Below, one piece after another: positions 23,556 through 36,226 of a DNA stretch of 64,000 nucleotides (position 1 is the first letter of the stretch; the number at the start of each line of letters is the position of its first letter). The notes under the pieces were generated by a model that saw nothing but the letters and a program-made list of their open reading frames with translations, ran no database searches and was not told where the DNA came from. This DNA comes from Dictyostelium discoideum. Lineage: Eukaryota. The stretch is taken from positions 6,368,001 to 6,432,000 of the forward strand of contig CM000151.3 in assembly GCA_000004695.1 (NCBI GenBank). The letters are read 5' to 3'. The translations under genes were made by a program, and so were the position numbers.

Positions 23556-24148
23556 GTATTTTTATTAATAAATGTTTATGTATATATGTATATTATTATC
23601 ATACTACAATTACTACAGTTTTAGAGAAATTAGGAAAAGAAAGTAAAAATAAAAATATAAAAATTAATAAACCAACTAAACCAACAACAACAACAAAAAC
23701 AACAACTACAACAACAACAACATCAAAAACAGCAGAAAAAGAAAATAAAAAAGAAAATAAAAAAGAAAAAGAAAATAAAAAAGAAGTTAAAAAACAAGAA
23801 TCTGAATCTGAATCAGAGTCAGAAGATAAAAAGAAATCATCTAAAAATGATAAGAAATCATCTAAAAAAGATAAGAAATCATCTAAAAAACAAGAATCAT
23901 CATCAGAAGAGGAATCATCAGATGAATCATCATCAGAAGAAGAGAAAAAGACTAAGAAATCAAAGAAATCTTCATCATCTAAAAAAGAAGAAACTAAAAA
24001 AGAAGAATCCAAAAAATCAAAGAAATCATCATCTAAAAAAGAAAAATCAGATTCAGAATCTGAACCAGAGAAAAAGAAAAAAGAAAAAAGAAAGAAAGAT
24101 GATTCATCTGAAAATAATGAACAATCTAAAAAGAAACATAAAAAATAA
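22838..24148 (+). CDS. RNA polymerase I subunit RPA34 (A34.5/PAF49)-like protein: N-terminal domain plus long K/S/E-rich tail; three exons
   Basis: Exons 22838..22957 (donor GTAAGT), 23110..23425 (acceptor TATTTTTAG, donor GTATGT) and 23619..24148 (acceptor CTACAG). '...ELWLIKIPRD' and '...KKFTIHQDDTEQIQGLF' resemble yeast A34.5 'VWLIKFPSNV' and 'DYKIMDDTDIESSL'. The tail is (KKSSKK/EESS/KKEK)n. The antisense ORF 23599..24156 is rejected. Confidence 0.45.
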
Positions 24149-24231
24149 ATAATCATTCCACATTCAACATTGTTAATAATATAAACAACAACTCTTTTTT
24201 TTTTATTTTTTTATTTTTTATTTTTATTTTT

Positions 24232-25080
24232 TTATAATTTTGAAATTGGATGACCATGTCTACCTAAACCATTATTAAATGAAATTGAACCATTTAAACC
24301 TTGATTTAAGAATGATTTTAAACCAAGTTGATATTCATTAAATAAAGCATCATTTAAATTTAAACTCCATTGATCTAATGATGATTTTCTATCAGATTTT
24401 AAAGTTTGTTGAGGATTTGAAATGATTTGTTTTGCTAATGTAATTGAGTGAGCCATTAGTTGATCTTTTGATTCAACGATTCTATTTACAAGCCCAATTT
24501 GAAATGCTTCATTACTGTCCACAGCTCTACCTGTTAATATTAAATCCATTGCTCTTGATTGACCAATTAATCTTGGTAATCTAATTGTACCACCATCAAT
24601 AAGTGGTACACCCCATCTTCTACAAAATACTCCAAATGTAGATGACTTGGTTGCAACTCTTAAATCACACCATAATGCTAGTTCAAGACCACCAGCAACA
24701 CAATACCCATCTATACTACAAATTACAGGTTTGCTTAATTGTAATCTTGTGCATCCCAATGGTGCATAATCAGTTTCTTTTGGAGATAAAATTTTATTAC
24801 CTGATTCAATACCTTTTGGTATCTCTTTTAAATCTGCACCAGAACAAAAATTATCACCATTTCCACATAGTATACTTATTAATAAATTATCATCTTTATC
24901 AAATTCTTTAAAAATATTATATAAATCATCTGCTGTCTCTTTATTAATTGAATTCCTACTTGAATTTCTATTAATTTTTATTATTAATATATTTTTATCA
25001 ATAATTTCTATTAAAATATTATTATCATTTTTATTTATTGGTATCATTTTTTTTTTTTTAAATTTTTTTTTCATAGTCAA
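24232..25080 (-). CDS. Enoyl-CoA hydratase/isomerase (crotonase) family protein with C-terminal PTS1 (-SKL)
   Basis: 'ILCGNGDNFCSGADLKE' and 'CVAGGLELALWCDLRVA' are crotonase-fold motifs. The protein ends ...HPISKL. The start may be the third Met (MIPINK..., 25047) because the leading MTMKKKFKKKK derives from an A-tract. Confidence 0.65.
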   Translation of the reverse strand: MTMKKKFKKKKMIPINKNDNNILIEIIDKNILIIKINRNSSRNSINKETADDLYNIFKEFDKDDNLLISILCGNGDNFCSGADLKEIPKGIESGNKILSPKETDYAPLGCTRLQLSKPVICSIDGYCVAGGLELALWCDLRVATKSSTFGVFCRRWGVPLIDGGTIRLPRLIGQSRAMDLILTGRAVDSNEAFQIGLVNRIVESKDQLMAHSITLAKQIISNPQQTLKSDRKSSLDQWSLNLNDALFNEYQLGLKSFLNQGLNGSISFNNGLGRHGHPISKL

Positions 25081-25085
25081 AAAAA

Positions 25086-25125
<40 letters not shown>

Positions 25126-25247
25126 TTAATTAAATTATTGATATATATTTTGTAAAGAAATTAAAAATCAAAAATAAAGAAAACAAAAAATAAATAAAGA
25201 ATACAAAAAAAAAAAAAAAATTATTTGTGGAAATTTAATTTTACCTC

Positions 25248-25281
<34 letters not shown>

Positions 25282-25402
25282 AATAAATTTCTTTTTAAAT
25301 TTCTTTTTTAAAAATAAAATCAAAAAAAAACAAAGAATACAAAAAAAAACGAATTATTTGTGGTAATTAAATTTTACAACCTTTTTATTAATTATAAATT
25401 CA

Positions 25403-25451
<49 letters not shown>

Positions 25452-25549
25452 AAAAAAGAAAAAAATTTAATTATTTAATTAAATTATTGGCATATATATT
25501 GAAGTTTTTTTTTTTTTTTTTTTATTAATTTTATTTATAATTATAATAA

Positions 25550-26969
25550 TTAACAATAACCTAAATCATTAACATTATTATTATTAGTATTGTTATTATT
25601 AATATTATTATTATTATTATCATTTATTGAAATTGAAATTAAAGATTTATTTTCATGTTCGAGATCAAGTTGTTTTAATTTACTATCCCAATCATCTTGA
25701 GTTAAATCAATTTTAATTATAGGTGGTGAAGAAACTATTGGAGTGATTGAATCAGCTGAATGATAAACATCAATATTACTATTTGAATCACCAAATGTTT
25801 TTGCATAATAAGTTGGTGAAGAATTAAGAGATGATGATAATGAATTTAAATGATTATTATTATAATTATTATTATTATTATTAATTAAAGGTGAATTTAT
25901 TGGTGAAACATTACTTGATGATCTATTATAGGTTAAGCCAATTTCTTTAAGTTTTTCAATTATTATTGAGAAATCTTTTGGTCTATTTAATGGATTTCTA
26001 TCCCAACATTGTGTTATTAATTCTTTAAATTTTAAAGGTACATTAAATGGTATTTGTGGACGATAATTTTGTTTTGGATCAGAAACCATTGATGCCATCT
26101 CTTTTGGTGAATAAATTGTATTTGGTGGTGCATATGAAAACATTTGCCAAACTAATAAACCAAATGAATAGATATCGGATTTTTCATTAATTGGAGAACC
26201 ATTTAAATTCTCTGGTGCCATATAATGTATTGAACCACCTCTTAATTTCTTTGATTCACTTTGATTTGATGATAAACCAAAATCACAAACTTTTGCTGTG
26301 AATTCATTTGAACCGTATAATTGATTTGGTAATATCTCTCTCTTGAAATCTAATAATACATTATTTGAAGTTAAATCACGATGAATTATATGTTGTTTAT
26401 GTAGATATAGTATACCTTTAGCTATATCAGTTAAAAGTTTAACACGTAAATGTGGATTGTTTTCCAAAACTTTATGATTATTCATAAGGAATTGAGTTAG
26501 GTTACCACCAGACATCCATTCTGAAACTATACAATGATTGGTTTCCTTCTCACCATATTTTATACATGCAGCCATGAATTGAACTATATTTGGATGTCTT
26601 AAATTCGATAGAATCAATACTTCATGATAGAATGTATCACAAACTGTAATGGCTTCACAATGAGCTTTCTTTACAAATTTAATTGCAACTTCAGTCTCAT
26701 TCAATAAACCTTTTTTTACATCTCCAAAATTACCTGCTCCGCCTTCTGAATCATCTTTATCAAATTCTAACTCTTCAAATTCAATCTCCCATTTTGGTTT
26801 TTCATATTGTGGTGCAAATTTAGCTGGAAATCTTGATGATAAATAATTATCTTTTTCATTTTCAATTTCTTCAAAATCGTCATCATCTTTAAATTTTGGT
26901 TCAACACCATAATTTTTACTTTTATTTGGTCCAATTATATGTACCTTTTTTTTTTTTTTTTTTTAAAAA

Positions 26970-27014
<45 letters not shown>

Positions 27015-27411
27015 TATTAATAAATTATTTATTATTATTAATATTTATTAAAATTAAATAATTACAATTAATTTATGACTTAATAATTCTTCCATATAAG
27101 ATCTTTTTTTTGGATCAATAACTAAACAATGATTTAAAAAATCTTTTAAAGTATCAGATAAATGATCTGGTATAATTGGTATACCATTTAATTTTTGAGA
27201 TAAATCACCACCAGCCATTTCAATTATTGTACAACCTAAACTCCAAACATCTGATTTTCTAGTTGCTCTATAATTTCTCTTAACTTCTGGTGCCATATAA
27301 TTGAATGTACCAATGATTGCAAATGAACTTTGTTTATATTGTTCATTTAAATAAGTTGAAATTCCACTACCACTACCATTTAAATCATTATTATTATTAA
27401 TATTATTAATA

Positions 27412-27488
<77 letters not shown>

Positions 27489-28094
27489 TGGATTATTATT
27501 ATTATTTGTAGTCTCATTTAAATATTGTTCAAATTGTTTTTTATTTTGAATTGTTGATGCACCAAAATCAATTAATTTTAAATTCTTATTCTTATCTAAT
27601 ACTAAATTTGCAGTTTTAATATCCCTATGAATTACATGATGTTTATGAAGGAATGATAATGTCTCAACTAAATCAGCAATCATTGATATTATTCTACTCT
27701 CTTTAAATCTACCTTGTTTTTTGGTTTTTAATATATTTGCTAAATTTTCACCTTCAATATATTCCATATAAATATAAATAAAATTATCATCTTCTGCATG
27801 TGAATAATATCTTGGTATATTAAATAATCTAATTTTTTCTAAAATATCGGTTTCATTTCTTTTCTATACAAATTTAAAATTATTTAATATTTAATAATTT
27901 AATAATTTATTTTTATTTTTATTTTTTAAATGGCAACATACAAATTTATCTTTACTAATTATTTTAATTGCAACGTAATCAACTTGTTCATTTAATATAA
28001 ATCCATTTTTTTTTCTACATTTTATAACTCTACCATATTGACCTTCACCAATAAAAGAAATTTCTTCCCAATCATCTTTATTATGATAATGCAT
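25550..28094 (-). CDS. Putative dual-kinase protein (about 781 aa): N-terminal STE-like Ser/Thr kinase domain fused to C-terminal TKL-like kinase domain; three exons
   Basis: Exons 28094..27942 (GEGQYGRV, VAIK; donor GTATGT), 27863..27066 (HRDIKTANLVLD, DFGAS, GTFNYMAPE; donor GTAATT after ...SHKLI) and 26944..25550 (acceptor (A)nAG; GGAGNFGDV, VAIK, HRDLTSNN, DFGLS, HYMAPE). All junctions are phase 0. The downstream kinase has no ATG of its own. If intron B is not spliced, these are two genes, 27054..28094 and a start-less 25550..26944. Confidence 0.5.
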
Positions 28095-28211
28095 TTTTTA
28101 TTATTTTTATAATATATAAAATATTTATATATATTTTTTGTAATATTACAAATTATTATTTTTTTTTTTTTTTTTGCTCTTTTGTTTTGTTTATTTTAAT
28201 TTTTAATTTTT

Positions 28212-28247
<36 letters not shown>

Positions 28248-28681
28248 ATAAACTTCTTCTGAGTGGTTTGTAAAAAGACGGTTTATTGGTCTATTTTTAG
28301 CTACTATATAAAACAAATAAATATTATTCAACAAATAATATAATATATTATTTGAATAAAATATTAAAAAATATTAAAAAACATAAAAAAAAAAAAACAT
28401 AAAAAAAAAAAAAAAATAAGACGAACGTTAACAACTGATCTTTTTTTTTTTTTCATAATTTTTTTTTTATTTTTTATTTTTTTTTTGTGTTTTAGAAAAT
28501 ATCTTTTTTTTTTTTTTTTTACCCATCCCTTTCTCAGAAAATAACTTTTTTAAACCTTTTTGTTTTTAAATCAATGCTATCCCAAAAAAAAAAAAAAAAA
28601 AAATAATATATTATTTTCTCTTTTTTTTTTTTAAATTTAATAATATATTTAATAATTTAAAAATTTTAATTAATATAAATA

Positions 28682-28736
<55 letters not shown>

Positions 28737-28809
28737 AAAAATCAAACAAAATATTTATTTATTTTTATTTTAATTTTTTTTTTTTTTTATTATTATTTTT
28801 AATTTATAT

Positions 28810-29964
28810 TTACAAAAATCCTGAATTATAAAATCCACTACCATAGGTTGATGAGTCATCTGATGTAGAATAACTAGAATTACCAGAGTTGGAAATTGAA
28901 ATTGTAGAAATTGTTGTAGTGATAGCTGTTGAAGAAATTGTTGATGCATTTGAATTATCTTGGAAATAAATTTGATTTATATCTTTTAATTTATCAATTA
29001 TTTCAGAGAAATCTTTTGGTCTATTTAATGGATTTCTATCCCAACATTGTGTTATTAATTCTTTAAATTTTAAAGGTACATTAAATGGTATTTGTGGACG
29101 ATAATTTAATTTTTCATCAGAAACCATTGATGCCATCTCTTTTGGTGAATAAATTGTATTTGGAGAGGCATATGAAAACATTTGCCAAACTAATAAACCA
29201 AATGAATAGATATCAGATTTTTCATTAATTGGAGAACCATTTAAATTCTCTGGTGCCATATAATGTATTGAACCACCTCTTAATTTCTTTGATTCACTTT
29301 GATTTGATGATAAACCAAAATCACAAACTTTTGCTATAATTTCATCAGAATCATAAAATTGTTCATCATTATTACTACTATTATTATTTAATAATTTCTT
29401 TTTTCTAAAATTTAATAATACATTATTTGAAGTTAAATCACGATGAATTATACCTTGTCTATGAGAATAAAGCATACCTTTTGCAATATCTAATAAAATT
29501 TTAACACGTAAATGTGGATTAATTTCTAGAATTTTACGTTCATTTGAAATGAATTGTGAAAGGTTACCACCAGACATCCATTCTGAAACTATACAATGAT
29601 TCACTTCTTTATTGTCAAATTTAATACATGCAGCAATGAATTGAACTATATTTGGATGTCTTAAATTCGATATTATCAATACTTCATGATAAAATGTATC
29701 ACAAACTGTAACATTTTCACCATGAGCTTTCTTTATTAATTTAATTGCAACTTCAGTCTCATTATAATATCCTTTCTTTACAACACTAAAAAATCCATCA
29801 CCACCAACTGTATCATCTTTATTAAATTTTAATTCATTAAATTCAATTTCCCATTTTGGTTTTTCAAATCTTGGTGCAAATCTTTCTGGAAATTTTGAAG
29901 ATAAATAATCATTATTAAATTTTGGTTCAATATTATTTTCTCTATTTTTATTTTGTCCAACCAT
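28810..29964 (-). CDS. TKL-like protein kinase (paralogue of the C-terminal domain of the upstream dual-kinase gene), copy 2 of a ~2.9-kb tandem duplication
   Basis: 384-aa ORF with its own ATG. Motifs VAIK, HRDLTSNN, DFGLS, HYMAPE. The glycine loop is degenerate (GGDGFFSVV). Positionally conserved GT..AG sites mean it could also be spliced in-frame to the upstream remnant. Confidence 0.6.
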   Translation of the reverse strand: MVGQNKNRENNIEPKFNNDYLSSKFPERFAPRFEKPKWEIEFNELKFNKDDTVGGDGFFSVVKKGYYNETEVAIKLIKKAHGENVTVCDTFYHEVLIISNLRHPNIVQFIAACIKFDNKEVNHCIVSEWMSGGNLSQFISNERKILEINPHLRVKILLDIAKGMLYSHRQGIIHRDLTSNNVLLNFRKKKLLNNNSSNNDEQFYDSDEIIAKVCDFGLSSNQSESKKLRGGSIHYMAPENLNGSPINEKSDIYSFGLLVWQMFSYASPNTIYSPKEMASMVSDEKLNYRPQIPFNVPLKFKELITQCWDRNPLNRPKDFSEIIDKLKDINQIYFQDNSNASTISSTAITTTISTISISNSGNSSYSTSDDSSTYGSGFYNSGFL

Positions 29965-30031
29965 TGATGACTTTTTTTTAATAAATAAATAAATTAATAA
30001 ATTATTATTATTATTATTATATTTTTTTTTA

Positions 30032-31048
30032 TTAATAAATAATAATAAAACCTACAATTAATCTATGAGTTAATAATTCTTCCATATGTGATCTTTTATT
30101 TGGATCAATTATTAGACAACGTTTTATAAAATCAACCATAATCTCTGAAACATGATTTGGTATAATTGGAATACCATCAAATATTTTCTTTGGATTACCA
30201 CCAACAATTTCAAGAACTGTACATCCTAAACTCCAAACATCTGATTTTTTAGTTGATCTATGTAATTTTTTAACTTCTGGTGCCATATAAGTATGAGTAC
30301 CAGTGATTGCAAATGAACTCTCTTTACAAATATTATCACCATCATCTTGTTGTTGGTCAATAATTGATGAACCAAAATCAATTAATTTTAATACTCCATT
30401 CTTATCCAATATAATATTTGATGGTTTAATATCTCTATGAAGAATTTGATGTTTATGAAGGAATGAAAGTGTTTCAGTTAGGTCTGCAATCATTGAAATA
30501 ATTTCAGACTCTTTAAATCTTAATTGTTTTTTATCTTTAAAATATTACATTGTTTTTTTTTCATTTTTAATAAATTTGCTAAATTTTCACCTTCAATATA
30601 TTCCATATAAATATAAATATAATTATCATCTTCTGCATGTGAATAATATCTTGGTATATTAAATAATCTAATTTTTTCTAAAATATCGGTTTCATTTCTT
30701 TTCTATACAAATTTAAAATTATTTAATATTTAATAATAAAATTTAAAAATAAAATTTAAAAAAATAAATTATAAAATTAAAATATTAAAATATAAAATAT
30801 AAAATATAAATATAAAATATTAGTTTAAATTTATTTTTTGAAAAAAATAAAATAAAAATAAATAACTTTTATAATGATTTTTGATAACTTACAAAAAACT
30901 TTTTATTTATTATTTTAACAGCTACAATATCAACTTTTTCATTTTCTATCAAACCATTCTTCTTTCTACATTTAAGTACTCTACTTTTTGAATTACAAGA
31001 TCCAATAGATGAAATTTCTTCCCATTCTTCTTTTTTGTGAGAATTCAT
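30032..31048 (-). pseudogene. Decayed copy of the N-terminal (STE-like) kinase domain of duplication unit 2
   Basis: Exon A' 31048..30890 has a degenerate G-loop (GSCNSKSRV). In exon B' (from 30702), a 26-nt insertion relative to unit 1 around 30505-30535 causes a frameshift and a stop. HRD/DFG/APE motifs remain downstream (ORF 30032..30493). Confidence 0.4.
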
Positions 31049-31181
31049 TTTTTTTTTTTTTTTTTTTTTTTTTCCCCTCAACAAAAAAAAATAATTATTA
31101 GTTTTATATACAAATAAAAATAAAATTGAATTTCACGAAAGTGAAGTTAATCTATTTTTGTGATGGCAAAGGTGAAATAAA

Positions 31182-31215
<34 letters not shown>

Positions 31216-32231
31216 AAAATAAAATAAAAATAAAAATTAAAGTATGGAACCTTTGTCCTAAAAAAAAAAATAAAATAAAAAATAAAATAAAAAATAAAAT
31301 AAAAAAAAAAAATTTCATCATGATTACAACACGACAAATTCAATGAAAGTAAGTTTTTTTTTTTTTATTTTTCTTGATGTCATTCCAAACTTCTTCAAAA
31401 AGATCATTAAATAAAAGGTTCCTCAGAGTGAAAAAATTATAATAAATTTTAATTATTATTTAGCTTTATTATTTATCTTTTTGAGTATGTTAATATTAAT
31501 CTAAAAAATATAATATAATTTTTTTTTTTTTTATTTTTTTTTTTTTTTCAATTTTTTTTTTTCTTGAAATGTATTATAATTATTTAATAATGAACTTAAC
31601 AGATTTGTGAGTTGTGTGTGTTGAATGTGTGGTAGGTTTGTGATTTTTTGTTTTTAATTTTTTTCTTTTTTTCTTTTATTAAACCATCCAAATCCCGTCA
31701 CATAAAAAAAAAAAAAAATTTTATTTTTTCTCTTTTTTTTACAAACCAAAATATCTTTTTTTATTTTTTGAAATTAAAATTTTAAATATAGGTGCCATTT
31801 GAGAAGCCAAATTGACGTTTCAGAAAAAAATTGGAATTTTATTCTCTTTAAAAAAAAAAAAAAAGAATTTCAAAAACACTATTAATAACTTTTTTTTTTT
31901 CATCTTTATCATTCTATTAATTAAGTTTAAACCACACTCACACACACTCACACACCCACTTCCATCTTTGTTAAAAAAAAAAAAAATTAAATAAAATTAA
32001 AAAAAAAATAAAAATAGAAAAATAAAAATAGAAAAATAAAAATAGAAAAAAAAAAATAAAACATATTTTAATTAAATTATTTTTTTTTAAATAAGCCTTT
32101 TTTTTTATTTTTTTCATTTTTTTTATTTTCTATTTTTATATTTATTTATTTTTTTTTCTTTTAAACAAAAATAAAAATAAAAATAACAAATAAATTAACA
32201 CAATAGTTTAATAAATATATAAATAAATAAA

Positions 32232-32487
32232 ATGGGAATTATAAATACAAAAAAAAGAAAACAAAATAGAAATAATGGTAGTTTTAATAATATAATAAAT
32301 ACAATGGAAACAAATATATCAAGTTATACAAGTGATGATTTTTTAGATTTCTATGAAGGATCACTCAATGAAATGGATTTTGGAGATTATTCAAGTACTA
32401 CAAGTTTAAATAGTGGTCTTGTTGACTTTGAAAATATAAATTTAAATATTTTATTTGATGATAATAGTAGAAAAAGTATTAAAACTT

Positions 32488-32531
<44 letters not shown>

Positions 32532-32842
32532 TTTAATAATAATAGTAATAATAATAATAATATAAATGAATGGAAGTGTTCATCCATATTTGTAACATAT
32601 AATATACGGATTAAAAAATATGAATGTACAAAATCAATCGTTGAAGAAGTAAAGGGAAGAATATCATGTTTTAAAAAATCATTATCAATTGAACCATTAG
32701 ATATATCACAATTTGAGTTCAATATGAATCAAAATGATCTTTTTTCAAATATTTTATCAAAAGAAATTCAATCATTAATTGTATTAAATTTATCAATTTA
32801 TGATTTACTCTCATTATTCAGTAAGTAAAATATTAATAAATT

Positions 32843-32930
<88 letters not shown>

Positions 32931-33363
32931 TAATTTATTAATCTTTTATTTATTTTATAAAATAGGAGTAAATAAATATTGGTATGAATTTGGACAAAAT
33001 AACAGTTTCTGGAAAAGTTTAACATTGAGAGATTGTGAGAAATGGAATAATAAAGATTTGGTTAAATTAAAGATTAAAAATGGTCAACCATTCTTTGGTG
33101 ATAATAATAATAAAAAAGAGAATTATAACAATTCATCATGGAAAGATTTTTATAAACAAATGACCAGATTAAAAATGTGTAAACAATGTAATATAATTTT
33201 TAGAGAATATAGTAATTCAAATAGCGCTTGTAATTATCATTCAGATATTAGAGATTTAATTCATTCTCGTGGTGCTCTACCTTCTGGAATGTATTGGAGT
33301 TGTTGTTTATCAAAACCAAAAAATAGTATTGGTTGTACAACAAAGTGTCATGAGGAAGAATAA
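32232..33363 (+). CDS. F-box-like protein with N-terminal MGxxxT (myristoylation-type) start and C-terminal Cys/His-rich region; two exons
   Basis: Exons 32232..32820 (donor GTAAGT) and 32966..33363 (acceptor AAAATAG; phase 1). The intron is 145 bp and contains an (A)50 tract. F-box-like segment spans the splice: 'EIQSLIVLNLSIYDLLSLF|RVNKYWYEFGQNNSFWKSL'. C-terminal CKQC...CNYH...CCLSKPKNSIGCTTKCH. Confidence 0.5.
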
Positions 33364-33715
33364 AAAATTAATATCCCCTTCCATATATATATATAAATAA
33401 TATAAAAAAAAAAAAAAAATTAAATATAATATAAATTTAATTAATTTTTGGAAAAATAAAAATAAATAATTAATTTTTTAAATGTATAAATAATTTTATG
33501 TTTTTTTGGTGTAGTTATTTTTAACTTTTATTTCAATTTATTTTTTTTATTCAAAAAATAATAATAATAATTAAATTTTTTAAAAAAAAAACAATAAATA
33601 AAAAAAAACAGATAATACATTTATTTTTTAAATATTTTTTACATTTATATAAATTCTAAAAAAAATTAATAATTATTTCTAAATAATTATTTAAATATTT
33701 GTGTGATGGTTGGAA

Positions 33716-35027
33716 TTAACAAAAATTAATTAAATTTCTAATTTCTGGGGTAGTATTAACTGGTCTAATACATATTTTTTCAACCTTTACAATGAACTCA
33801 TTCCAATTTTCATTACCCAAATCGAAATCTGAATTACTATTGATTAATGGAGTTGTAATTTGTTTTTGTTGTTTTTGAGAAACAAATGACATTGAAAAAG
33901 ACATCATTTTGAATGATTGTGATATTTGTTTTTTTAATTCATTAAAATCGGCAACACTTGAAAGATCAATTGTTTTACTTTCGCCACCTTCAATTGAACA
34001 ACAAACATTGTTTACAGTTTTTTGTTTTTTTGTTGGTGATGAAACTGGTGAAATTGTAGTAGTTGTTGGTGATGGTGATGTTGATAATGATGATGAGTTG
34101 TTATTATTATTTAAATTTTCAATCTTTTTTTCAAAATCAATATCACAATCACTATCAATATTAAAACCATAACTGAAATTTGAATTTATATTGTTATTAT
34201 TATTGTTATTATTGTTATTGTTATTGTTATTATTATTATTTTGAAAAGTTGGGGTTGTTGATCTTGTTGTTGTAGTTGTTGTGGTTGTTGTTGGTGGTGG
34301 TGGAATATTATTTGGTTTGGTTTGTGATGGATGATATTGTTGTTGCATATGTTTTGATAATATACTATTATTTAAATTATTTATATTTAACATATTAATA
34401 TTTGAATTTGCATTATAAAATTGTGGCGGATAAGTAATTGATTGTTGAGATTGTTGAATATTAAAAGGTGCTTGATTATTAACAAAACCATTAACGGTTG
34501 CCGATGGCTTAAAAAATGAAAAAGGTTCAGGTTTAACAATTTGTTGTTGGTTATTTACAAAGGTATTGATTGAGGTACTGTATCTTTCGTCCAAAGGGTA
34601 TTCGGTTGCTAACCTTTTTTTATTATTATTATTTACAGATGTAGAAGTTGTAGTGGTTCTACTATTACCATAGTTGTTATTATTGTTGTTAAAACTGTTG
34701 AAACTGTAATAACTCGATGATTGGCTATTCAAGGATGCTCTACTTGCCATATTTAAATAAGTTATATAATTTAATTCTTCAAAAGTTGGTTTTTTTTGTG
34801 GACCTAAAAAATAACAAAAAATAAAAATAAAAATCAATTAATAATTTTAATTTAATAATTTAAATGATTAAAAATTTTAATACTTACTAATATTTGAATT
34901 TGAATTTGAATTATTATTATTGCTATTACTATTATTATTATTATTATTATTGTTATTATTATTGGTATTATTATTGTTGTTATTATTATTATTATTAGAA
35001 TTATTATTATTATTATTATTATTATTA

Positions 35028-35072
<45 letters not shown>

Positions 35073-36154
35073 GAGTTATTATTATTATTATTATTATTAT
35101 TATTTTCATTTATTTTAGTATCGAAATCATTTTCATCATAAATTGAACCCATTGGAGAAGAAGGAACAGTTGGACTATCATATGATGATGATTGGGACTT
35201 ATAATCAGAATCAGAACTGAAAATATCAGGAGATGTATAATCTTGTTGGGTAGAGTATGGCGATGCCTTTTTTTCATTGGATGGAGTTGGATTTGAATAA
35301 CTATTGAATGTAGGAATTGGAGTTTGTCTACTATTTTGTTGATTACCAGTGACTGGTGCAGTTGTTGTTTGATAATTAAAGTATTGATTGTATAATGGTT
35401 GATTAGTTGGTATCGATTGTCCTTGTGACAATTGGAATAAGGTTTGAGATGATGTAATATTTTGGTTACCTCTATTTTGTGAATTATTGTTATATGTTGA
35501 TGAAGATGATGATGATGATGATGACGATGTCGATGATGAAGAAGAAGAAGATGATGATGAATCATCTGATGTAAGTGTAGATGTTGGAGATGAAATGGCA
35601 GAACTATTCGTTGAAGATGATGAATTATGTAATAAGCTTGAACTATTAAAATTAAAATGAGTACCAAATGGTGATGGTTGAATACTTAAAGAAGTTGGAG
35701 TTGAAGAAGCACTTGGAATTGGAGATGATAATGATAAGGTACTAATATTCATATTTGAATTATTATTATTAATATTATTGTTATTGTTATTTACATTTGA
35801 TGAACCAGGTGAGCATAATGATGGTGTTGAACTATTTGAAGATGGTGAGAATGGTCTTGGAAAATATGGTTGAAAGAAATTATTTGAACCTGGGAAGGGT
35901 GGATTTAAATCTTCTTTTTGTGTAACTTGAATAATAATCTTATCACCTTGTCTAATGTATGGAATATCGGACTTAATAAAATTCTCTTCAATATATGAAA
36001 TATTTGTACCCAATCTTTCATGATTATTTGCAATCCATTCACCCAATGCAACATTTACCAATTTAACATGATTTAATGCGACCAATCCATGAAGTGGTGA
36101 AGAGTTACCATTTAAATTTGGTGAAGATATTGGTGATGGTGGTGATTGTTGAAA

Positions 36155-36226
<72 letters not shown>

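Noticed and set aside
23599-24156. 185-aa minus-strand ORF rich in Ser/Asp/Phe, and the + strand ORF 23847..24152 in another frame
   Set aside because: These are the reverse complement and an alternative frame of the K/S/E-rich third exon of the RPA34-like gene. Only the + frame connects to upstream exons through canonical splice sites.
25550-28094. Alternative interpretation of the dual-kinase locus as two independent single-domain kinase genes
   Set aside because: Not fully rejected. It is disfavoured because the downstream domain lacks an ATG, the junction is phase 0 with a GT donor conserved in both paralogues, and conservation ends exactly at the donor. Transcript evidence is needed.
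34852-35667. Poly-Ile, poly-Leu and poly-His ORFs (34852..35109, 34920..35141, 35110..35667)
   Set aside because: They are artefacts of (AAT)n / (ATT)n coding microsatellites inside the large 33716..36742 gene.
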